Source: an uncultured Pseudobdellovibrionaceae bacterium
Lineage (GTDB): Bacteria; Bdellovibrionota; Bdellovibrionia; Bdellovibrionales; UBA1609
DNA length: 64,000 bases
NCBI GenBank assembly: GCA_964453895.1
Contig: CAYVRZ010000013.1
Coordinates: 3,975-67,974, forward strand
Reading direction: 5' to 3'
Made by a program: the position numbers and the translations under genes. The notes beneath the pieces were generated by a model. It saw nothing but the letters and a program-made list of their open reading frames with translations. It did no database searches and was not told where the DNA came from. Shown here in pieces: positions 25,284 to 32,444 of this stretch (positions within the stretch are counted from its first letter, which is position 1; every line of letters starts with the position of its first letter).

Positions 25284-27137
25284 ATGAAATGGCTGCTGCT
25301 TGGACTAATTTCTTTTAATGCCAATGCCCGTTGGTTGAGCATTAATGAGGCGCCCAGTGTGGTGCTGAAACTGGACATGGCTTTTGATGTGCGCAAAGAC
25401 GGCACGTACGATCAAGAGGTTCACTACATAATTAAAGTGCAGTCCGAAGACGCGAAAGTGAACGCCAGCATTTTTACCATCGACTACAATGCCGCCACTG
25501 ACAAAGTGGAAGTGATCGAGGCCTACACTAAAAATGGCGGGCAAAAATTTGTGGTGGAAAAATCGGCCATTGAAGATCGCGACAAAGGGGATTCGCGCGA
25601 CTACGACGCCATGAAGGTGCGCTCGGTGGTTTATCCGCAAGTGCAGGTCGGCTCGGAGTTGCACATTAAGTATCGGATGAAGACCGAGAAGCCGCTGCTT
25701 AAGGACCGCTGGTCGACGCAATTTGCATTTGCGCCGTCGGTGCATGTTAAGAAACTGCGCGCGCGCGTGCGCTCGGAAGTCCCGCTTTATGTCGAGACTC
25801 GAGACTACAATAAATTTCTATCAGTCCGCCACAAGGGCAAGATGGTGGAAATCACCAATAAAAAAACTCTGCCCGGCTGGGTGCACGCCGAGAAAGATGT
25901 CTACTTTCATCCAATGAGCGGCAGCGAAGTGTGGATTTCGACCGAAAAAACCTGGGCTCCGTTTATGAGCGAAATTGAAAAGGATTACGAACGGATTATC
26001 AACGCCGGCTTACCCGAAAAATTGCGGCCGTGGGTGACCGAGTTAAATGCGAAGATCACGGCTGAAGAAAAGATTAAACTGGTCTTAGAGAAGATGTCGC
26101 AGTCGTTTCGCTACTTCGGAGATTGGCGTCGCCATGATGGCGGGTATACACCCCGCGCGATTGCCGAGATCGAGGCCTCGCGCTACGGCGATTGCAAAGA
26201 CCTTTCGGCCTTACTGGTGGCGCTCTTGCGGGCGATGAAAGTGGACGCCCATGTGGCCTTGATCCGACGCGGAGAAAACCCCTATGGCGCGGAGCCCGAT
26301 TATAACCTTCCGGCCTCGAACCGCTTCAATCACGCGATTGTGCGCGCCCGCGTGGGCGAGCAGTCGTATTGGCTGGATCCGACCAATCCGGTGGCGTCGC
26401 TGAGGCCTTATCCGGATATCTCGGGCCGCCCAGCTTGGGTGATGAGCGATAAAGGCGGCGCTTTCGAACGGCTGCCTGAGCCCACCGTCGTGGACTTTGA
26501 GCATGTTCACGATTACGTCTACCGCTTTAAAACCAACGACGATGTGGCGGTCAAAGTGAGCGCGCATTGGAAGAAGTTGGCCCCCTACCGCGTCGCCAAT
26601 GAATTGCTTCTCACCAGCAAATCCGAAGTGCTATCGAACACCCTCGACTATTTTGCTGAGGGCGCCGAGGTGCAAAAGTTCGACTATAAAAAAGAGCCCA
26701 GCACCGGGCGAACGTTAAAAGATATGAATATTGAACTTGAGTACACGGCCGGCCAAGTGGCCTACAATGCGGGCAAGTCGATGTTTTGGGTGATTCCCGA
26801 CGGCGTGCTTGAGGGGCCGTTTTACGAAACCGCTCAGCGCGAAAGTGATTTGCGACTGGCGGAAATGCCATTTTCTTTTCGCGGAACACGCCGGCTGCTG
26901 GCGACGCGGCTCGCGCAAGAGGCGCCGCCGGCCTGCAAAGTGGAGTCGGCGTGGATGGATATGGAGCGCAAAGTCAGGTCGGACGGCAAAGATGTGGTGA
27001 TTGAACAGCGTTTTGACCTTAAGCGACCCTATATCACTCGCGAGGAGTTTCGCTCCCCGGCCTTTCGAAAACTGCAAGGGGAGACCAAACGCTGTTTCCA
27101 TCGGGCGGGGGTTTTGATACAGTCCGACCATGGGTAA
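25284..27137 (+). CDS. Secreted DUF3857-like N-terminal domain plus transglutaminase-like cysteine-protease-fold domain protein
   Basis: Signal peptide MKWLLLGLISFNANA. The transglutaminase core motif RYGDCKDLSALLVALLR has downstream H (FNHAIV) and D (WLDPT). Confidence 0.7.
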   Translation: MKWLLLGLISFNANARWLSINEAPSVVLKLDMAFDVRKDGTYDQEVHYIIKVQSEDAKVNASIFTIDYNAATDKVEVIEAYTKNGGQKFVVEKSAIEDRDKGDSRDYDAMKVRSVVYPQVQVGSELHIKYRMKTEKPLLKDRWSTQFAFAPSVHVKKLRARVRSEVPLYVETRDYNKFLSVRHKGKMVEITNKKTLPGWVHAEKDVYFHPMSGSEVWISTEKTWAPFMSEIEKDYERIINAGLPEKLRPWVTELNAKITAEEKIKLVLEKMSQSFRYFGDWRRHDGGYTPRAIAEIEASRYGDCKDLSALLVALLRAMKVDAHVALIRRGENPYGAEPDYNLPASNRFNHAIVRARVGEQSYWLDPTNPVASLRPYPDISGRPAWVMSDKGGAFERLPEPTVVDFEHVHDYVYRFKTNDDVAVKVSAHWKKLAPYRVANELLLTSKSEVLSNTLDYFAEGAEVQKFDYKKEPSTGRTLKDMNIELEYTAGQVAYNAGKSMFWVIPDGVLEGPFYETAQRESDLRLAEMPFSFRGTRRLLATRLAQEAPPACKVESAWMDMERKVRSDGKDVVIEQRFDLKRPYITREEFRSPAFRKLQGETKRCFHRAGVLIQSDHG

Positions 27138-27798
27138 CATGAATTTGATCGAACTCGGCTACAAGATCAGCCTGATCTTTGTGCCATTTTTATTTTCGCT
27201 GTGTTTTCACGAATTCGCGCATGGACTGGTCGCCAAATGGAAGGGCGACCGCACCGCCGAGTTGCAGGGTCGCCTTACGTTAAATCCCATGGCGCACGCC
27301 GACCCGATCGGGACGTGGGCGTTGCCGCTGATCGCAATCGTTTTTAACGCCGGCTTTTTCTTTGGCTGGGCCAAGCCGGTTCCGGTGGATACCCGCAATT
27401 TGAGAGGCCGCTTCGATATGTTTTGGATCGCGGCCGCGGGTCCGTTGTCGAACGTTCTTTTGGCCGTGGTCGCGGCGATTGGCTTAGGGTTTGTTGCGGC
27501 CTATGTTCATTCTTCGTCGGGTGGAATGGTGATCGAACTGGTGAATTCATTTATCGGGATCAATCTTTTTCTGGCCGTCTTTAACTTGATCCCCATTCAT
27601 CCGCTCGACGGCGGCAAGATTGTGGAGCCGTTTTTGCCGAACAATTGGAACACCTGGCTGATGGAGAATCAGATGCAGCTGAATATGTTTCTTCTGCTGA
27701 TCTTGATTCTGGGCGGAGGCTTCTTGGCGATGCCGGTGATGTTGGCGAAGGGTGTGCTCCTGCAACTATCTAGTTTTATTGCACAAAATCTCGTTTGA
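27130..27798 (+). CDS. Site-2 protease family (peptidase M50) membrane metalloprotease
   Basis: Contains HEFAHGLVA (HExxH) in a transmembrane helix and NLIPIHPLDGGKI (the LDG motif). 222 aa. Confidence 0.8.
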   Translation: MGNMNLIELGYKISLIFVPFLFSLCFHEFAHGLVAKWKGDRTAELQGRLTLNPMAHADPIGTWALPLIAIVFNAGFFFGWAKPVPVDTRNLRGRFDMFWIAAAGPLSNVLLAVVAAIGLGFVAAYVHSSSGGMVIELVNSFIGINLFLAVFNLIPIHPLDGGKIVEPFLPNNWNTWLMENQMQLNMFLLLILILGGGFLAMPVMLAKGVLLQLSSFIAQNLV

Positions 27799-27859
27799 CG
27801 GGCCGCCTAAACTTTGGTGCAATTCGGGAAGTCGCAGCGGTTGAATCCGGAGTCTTGAT

Positions 27860-28942
27860 TTGAGTATACATGTACACTTAGACCGATTTGAAGGCCCTCT
27901 CGGGCTCTTGCTTCACCTTATCCGTGAGCAAGAGATGGATATTTTTAATATCAATATCCATCCCATTACACGCCAGTACCTTGAGTACATCAAAACCATG
28001 CGCCGCTTGGATTTGGAAGTGGCCGGCGAATTTATCGCCATGGCGGCGACACTTTTGCACATCAAATCAAAAATGCTTTTGCCGTCGTATGATGAAGACG
28101 GGCAAGAGATTGTTGAAGATCCGCGCAAGGAGCTGGTGCAGAAGCTGCTTGAGTATAAAAAAATTAAAGAGCTGTCGGTGGACCTTTATAAGCTGCCGCT
28201 TCTCGATCGCGATGTTTTTGCCCGCGGCTTTCGCGAGGACGTGGAGTCGGCCGAAGAGGGCGAGCTGATTTTAGAAGAAAAGCCGCTGTTCAGTTTGATT
28301 GCCGCTTACCGCTTTGCCATGAAGAACGCCAAAAAAGCCGTGCACACGGTTGGCGATGCCCTGCAAAGTATTTCGATGCGGATTATGGAGATGAAAGATC
28401 TCCTTGAAGTCGGCAAGCGCGTGATCTTTCGCCAGTTTATCACCGAAGAAGCCCCTGGCGAAAAACGCAGCGGGCAGATTTTGCTGACGTTTTTGTCGCT
28501 GCTTGAGTTGGCAAAAATGGGTTTTGTGTCGTTGTTTCAGAGCGAAAATTTTGCTGATATTCATGTCGAAGCGCGCAAGCCCATCGACCGCGATGTGATT
28601 GCGTCCCAGGCCGAGAGCTATGATTCGGTCAATGCCGAGGCCAAAGCCGATGCGATTTTTGCCAAGCAAATGAGTTTAAATGAATCGGCCGTGATGTCGG
28701 AAGATATGCCCGACGAAGACGTGTCGGAGGCTTTGGGTGAGAGTGTGCAGGGCGAGCTGGATATGGCCGCGGCGGCTGTGCCTGAGGCCGATCTGCCGTT
28801 TGAAGAAATCGCGACCGACGAAGATATCGCCGCCGAAGAATTGAAAATTGCTGAAGAAGAGGCGGCGGCCAAGCCCGCGGAGCCCATGAACAATGTACTT
28901 TCCTTTTTAACCACTCCAACGCCGGATGGAACTGAAGCATGA
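27860..28942 (+). CDS. scpA: Segregation and condensation protein A (kleisin) with acidic C-terminal extension
   Basis: Contains LDRFEGPLGLLLHLIREQEMDIFNINIHPITRQYLEYI, a typical ScpA N-terminus. TTG start at 27860. The last ~110 aa are D/E/A-rich. Confidence 0.8.
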   Translation: MSIHVHLDRFEGPLGLLLHLIREQEMDIFNINIHPITRQYLEYIKTMRRLDLEVAGEFIAMAATLLHIKSKMLLPSYDEDGQEIVEDPRKELVQKLLEYKKIKELSVDLYKLPLLDRDVFARGFREDVESAEEGELILEEKPLFSLIAAYRFAMKNAKKAVHTVGDALQSISMRIMEMKDLLEVGKRVIFRQFITEEAPGEKRSGQILLTFLSLLELAKMGFVSLFQSENFADIHVEARKPIDRDVIASQAESYDSVNAEAKADAIFAKQMSLNESAVMSEDMPDEDVSEALGESVQGELDMAAAAVPEADLPFEEIATDEDIAAEELKIAEEEAAAKPAEPMNNVLSFLTTPTPDGTEA

Positions 28943-30165
28943 GCAAAAAGAAAAAAGCCGCACCTGTCGTGGAAGAGTTACCTGTCGTCGAAGAGTTTAA
29001 CGAAGAAGAGCTGGCCGCCGCGGCCGCACTCGATGAAGATGTTAGCGAAGATGTGATCGATGATGAAGACCTCGGTGATGACGAAGACAGCGAAGTACCG
29101 GAAGTCGCCGAGGCCGAATTTGCAGGTTCGGAGCTTGAGGCCTTTGAGTCGGCTGAGATTGAAGATGTCGAAAAACTGAGCCCAGAGCAAATTCGCTCGA
29201 TTGTCGAGAGCGTGTTGTTCGCCACCGATAAACCGCTCAGCATCGCGGTGATCAAGCAGTCGTTTAAAGGCACGCAGGTGCGCTCAAAAGATATTCGTGA
29301 AGCGCTGACCGAGCTTTCAACCGAGTACAATGAGTCGTTTCGCGGTTTCAGCCTTGATGAAGTGGGCGGTGGTTTTCAGCTGCGCACCAAAGTCGACAAT
29401 ATGAAGTACTTGCGCCAATCGGTAAAGGCGCGCGCGTTTCGATTGAGTGGTCCGGCCTTAGAAGTGATGTCGATCGTGGCCTACAAGCAGCCGGTGACCA
29501 AAGCTCAGATTGATGAGATTCGCGGTGTGGAGAGCGGCCATTTGCTTCGCGCTTTGATGGAGAAAAATCTGGTTACGTTCGGCGAGCGCAGTGAGTTGCC
29601 GGGCAAGCCGATGTTTTATGAATCGACCCGTAAGTTTTTAGAGATTTTCGGCTTGCGCAATTTAAATGAGTTGCCCTCTTTGCATGAGATCGACCAGCTG
29701 ATCCCCGAGGGCATTGGCGAGATTGAAGATAAAGAAACTTTGAGCGATTTGACCGAAGGGTTGTCGGAAGAGATTAAGTCTTCGTATTCGGTGGGCGAAG
29801 AAGAGCTTTTAAAAATCACCGATGAGTTGCAAAGCATTTCGACATCGTCCGACTTTTTTGAAAAAGAAAAAGAGCGTATGCGCGAGCAACGCGACCAAGA
29901 ACGCGCGCAGGATATTCGAGAAGCGTTGGCGGTGGGCGAAGTGGTTGAAGAAAAAGACAAGCGTTGGCTTGAGCGTTACGATAGCGCGGCCGCGGAATCT
30001 CGTCAGGCCCTAGAAGAAGTGGCCATGGTCACCGAAGGTTTTGAGGGCAATGTGCCCGAGGCCCATGCCGAGGGTTCCACAATCGTGAACTTGTCGAGCG
30101 ATGAGCTGCCACCGGTCGAGGCGCCGGTTGAAGGCGCGCAGGCCGACGACGCGACCGCGGACTAA
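28939..30165 (+). CDS. scpB: Segregation and condensation protein B with long acidic N- and C-terminal extensions
   Basis: Core IVESVLFATDKPLSI...GFQLRTK...SGPALEVMSIVAYKQPVTKAQIDEIRGV...LMEKNLV is typical ScpB. 408 aa. ATGA-type overlap with scpA. Confidence 0.85.
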   Translation: MSKKKKAAPVVEELPVVEEFNEEELAAAAALDEDVSEDVIDDEDLGDDEDSEVPEVAEAEFAGSELEAFESAEIEDVEKLSPEQIRSIVESVLFATDKPLSIAVIKQSFKGTQVRSKDIREALTELSTEYNESFRGFSLDEVGGGFQLRTKVDNMKYLRQSVKARAFRLSGPALEVMSIVAYKQPVTKAQIDEIRGVESGHLLRALMEKNLVTFGERSELPGKPMFYESTRKFLEIFGLRNLNELPSLHEIDQLIPEGIGEIEDKETLSDLTEGLSEEIKSSYSVGEEELLKITDELQSISTSSDFFEKEKERMREQRDQERAQDIREALAVGEVVEEKDKRWLERYDSAAAESRQALEEVAMVTEGFEGNVPEAHAEGSTIVNLSSDELPPVEAPVEGAQADDATAD

Positions 30166-30213
30166 GTCAACCAACCTTGGAGCTCGCACCCGGGCCTAAG
30201 AGCCATTGCAGGG

Positions 30214-30310
30214 AAAGTTTCCAAATCTGGAAACCTTAGACGCCATAGGGCGTTGTCAAATCAGAGGCTAGAGTCCTATGGCGTCTAAAGTTGCCGAATT
30301 TGGAAACTTT
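30214..30310. repeat. 97-bp imperfect palindrome (compound stem-loop) between convergent scpB and the AT-rich cassette
   Basis: Outer arms AAAGTTTCCAAAT (30214-30226) and ATTTGGAAACTTT (30298-30310). Inner arms TTAGACGCCATAGG (30236-30249) and CCTATGGCGTCTAA (30275-30288). Both pairs are exact complements, with a 25-nt central loop. Confidence 0.7.
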
Positions 30311-30498
30311 GGCCGCAGTAGCTGAGAGGCCCGGCCGTTGGTGGAATAGGTCGATATGTTTAAATGGAAATTGAAGCTTGGTCCGAGATTCGGAGCGCGA
30401 TTGCGTCCGCCACGCGGATTCCGTCACACGCGGCACTCGTGATTCGGCTTAGCGTCGGCCTCACCAAATTTTTTTGACGACGCGACTCCGGATTGAGG

Positions 30499-31002
30499 TT
30501 ATTGGAAATCAGGTTCAATCCAGTATCCCTTCGCATGTTTGACTCGGTTTATAATCCAAAGGGAGGCAGATCGATTGCCTATGTTGTCTAGATTTTGCAG
30601 AAACGCGGCGAAAAAACATACTTGTGGATTTGAGCGCAAAATTTCGTCCCATTCGCGGGCAATTTTATCGAAATCGTAGTTTGCATGGGAACTAATTGCG
30701 AACTCATAAGCATGATTGTTTGAATCAGCATCAAATTGCGGGATTAGCTTTTGTTCCCCTTCGTAAAGCACTCCAACTCGATTGACGCTTACCTTCGCTG
30801 TTGGAAAACAGATCCATCGATTGAATGACTCCCAGTATGGCTTGGTTCCCGGTGCGGAAGATAGCGCCGGGACACCAGCTCTTCCTTGTTTTTCGAGAGC
30901 GTGATCCGACCAAGATAAAATTTGGTCGCTTTCTGAAAGGGTGGGCGTGGAGTAGGACAGTAAAAATACCAGACTAGTGGCCCAGGAGATTTTACTGTTC
31001 AT
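30499..31002 (-). CDS. Hypothetical secreted protein, third gene of the MNT / HepT-SLT cassette
   Basis: 167 aa with an N-terminal signal-like segment (MNSKISWATSLVFLLSYSTPTLS). Its start overlaps the upstream stop by 11 nt. AT-rich codon composition like the two upstream genes. No family recognised. Confidence 0.5.
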   Translation of the reverse strand: MNSKISWATSLVFLLSYSTPTLSESDQILSWSDHALEKQGRAGVPALSSAPGTKPYWESFNRWICFPTAKVSVNRVGVLYEGEQKLIPQFDADSNNHAYEFAISSHANYDFDKIAREWDEILRSNPQVCFFAAFLQNLDNIGNRSASLWIINRVKHAKGYWIEPDFQ

Positions 31003-32056
31003 GTTTTGCCTCTTTTAGTTTTTTAAGGTAGCCGCGATAGTCATCCATTCCCTTTTGGCGTTGATTAGGGTTTTTAAGTTTTCGCCTAAGATAGTCTTTG
31101 TATTCTGCGACTGTCTCCTCCCATGTAGCAGGGCGGTTCAAGCGTGCGGATGCGGTTTCTTTTTTTCTAAAAAGCCATCGGATTCCGCTGGCAATATTCA
31201 AGCTTGGATCAAATACCTCGTCGGATTCGAAGATAAAAATATAGTCCTTAAGCTCTTCCCGCTCGCCTTTGAGGTAACGAATCGTGGCAGGCATTAGCTG
31301 AAGTAAACCCTTTGCCGCACTTCGCTTCCCCTTGCCGGCGTCGGGATTGAATGACGACTCTGAGGCCATTAGGGCCTTTACAACATCTGGATCTAAAGGA
31401 TCATCTGGTTTAAGAGTTTCATTCCAAAATTTAGTCCACCCCCTAATCAGGGAATCAAACTTCGTTCCATTTTTTTTAAATCCAAGAGGATCACTGGATG
31501 GCCCGCCATTAAGATCTTGGAAGTTAAATCGCACTATGTCGTCGATCTCTTGGCGCGTCAGGAGGTTTTTGATCGAACTCTTGCTCTCTCTGCAGTGGTC
31601 TCGTCGCGGATGGTTTCGAACGATGTATCCTGATCTAGAGTGTTCATCAACGTCGGCTCCGCTTACATAATACTCGCCGGGTGGACAGACCTTCCATGAA
31701 TGTACCGAGGTCTGATATCTAGAGTTGAGTTGCTCGAGATCGATTATAAGTTTGGGAAGGTCATTTTTAATGGTCGTCCAAATTATTTCGGAGTCAGTTC
31801 CAAAGTATTCGTGAACAAGAATATTTCGCATGCCTTTGATCTGCTTCCAGGGGATGTTCGAAAGTTCACGCTGAATTTCAGTTGGAATATTTTTGGCAGC
31901 ATCTCCGAGAATTTGGAGATTTCGGATACAGGCATCGATAGTCTTTTGGTCGTTTGAGAAAGCATCTGAATTTTCAAGGCTGTTGGAATACTCGACGACC
32001 TTTCTTGCGGCCTCTTCCATCTCCTTCAAACGAAGTTTCCAGCTCTCTCTACGCAA
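30992..32056 (-). CDS. Fusion protein: N-terminal HepT/DUF86 HEPN toxin domain plus C-terminal lytic transglycosylase (SLT-like) module
   Basis: Residues ~1-115 look like HepT, with an RX4HXY motif (MRNILVHEY, R77/H82/Y84, nt 31805-31828). Residues ~226-300 carry SLT-type motifs ALMASESSFNP (E233, nt 31358-31360) and GLLQLMP. One uninterrupted 354-codon ORF with no signal peptide or TM segment. Confidence 0.7.
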   Translation of the reverse strand: MRRESWKLRLKEMEEAARKVVEYSNSLENSDAFSNDQKTIDACIRNLQILGDAAKNIPTEIQRELSNIPWKQIKGMRNILVHEYFGTDSEIIWTTIKNDLPKLIIDLEQLNSRYQTSVHSWKVCPPGEYYVSGADVDEHSRSGYIVRNHPRRDHCRESKSSIKNLLTRQEIDDIVRFNFQDLNGGPSSDPLGFKKNGTKFDSLIRGWTKFWNETLKPDDPLDPDVVKALMASESSFNPDAGKGKRSAAKGLLQLMPATIRYLKGEREELKDYIFIFESDEVFDPSLNIASGIRWLFRKKETASARLNRPATWEETVAEYKDYLRRKLKNPNQRQKGMDDYRGYLKKLKEAKHEQ

Positions 32057-32351
32057 CTCTTACGGACTCTTTCTCAATACGTGCCATCATTCGTTCTTTA
32101 ATGGCAGCTCGTGTTACCAAGTCAACCTTCACCTTTAGAAGAGATTCGAGGAAAAATTTTAAATCTGCAAACTCAAATAGCCCTACAGATTTCGAACTGA
32201 ACTCGATTAAGAGATCAACGTCACTTTTCTTCGAGGCTTTGCCCGTAGCAACTGACCCAAAAACATAGATGGCAGAAACACAATACTTTTCTTCTAAAGT
32301 TTTCTTTTCCTTTTGAATCAATTTTTTTAGTTGAGCGAGTTTCATAGGCAT
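32049..32351 (-). CDS. MNT-type nucleotidyltransferase antitoxin (MntA-like)
   Basis: Contains YVFGSVATGKASKKSDVDLLIEF (the GSx10DxD minimal nucleotidyltransferase motif). 100 aa. It overlaps the HepT-domain gene by 8 nt, the usual MNT-HepT arrangement. Confidence 0.8.
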   Translation of the reverse strand: MPMKLAQLKKLIQKEKKTLEEKYCVSAIYVFGSVATGKASKKSDVDLLIEFSSKSVGLFEFADLKFFLESLLKVKVDLVTRAAIKERMMARIEKESVRVA

Positions 32352-32352
32352 T

Positions 32353-32380
32353 ATTATACCCGAATTTATTGTGATGGCAA
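32353..32380 (-). promoter_or_regulatory. Candidate sigma70-type promoter of the MNT cassette (TTGCCA-N16-TATAAT)
   Basis: The minus strand reads TTGCCA (32380-32375), a 16-nt spacer, then TATAAT (32358-32353). The -10 ends 1 nt before the first ATG and 7 nt before the second in-frame ATG (32345). No Shine-Dalgarno is visible. Confidence 0.45.
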
Positions 32381-32444
32381 AATGTTTAGTTCCCCCTCAT
32401 TGACCGTCGTGGCCGATATTCGGACTGCGAACTAAGGGCTGCTA

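Noticed and set aside
28629-29330. 233-aa Ser-rich minus-strand ORF across the scpA/scpB junction
   Set aside because: It is the mirror image of the Glu/Asp-rich (GAA/GAG/GAT) codon runs of the ScpA and ScpB tails. It is low-complexity, has no start context, and overlaps two well-supported genes entirely.
30236-30436. 66-aa minus-strand ORF in the scpB-cassette intergenic region
   Set aside because: It runs straight through the 97-bp palindrome, and it has no ribosome-binding site or family resemblance. The region is better explained as structured non-coding DNA.
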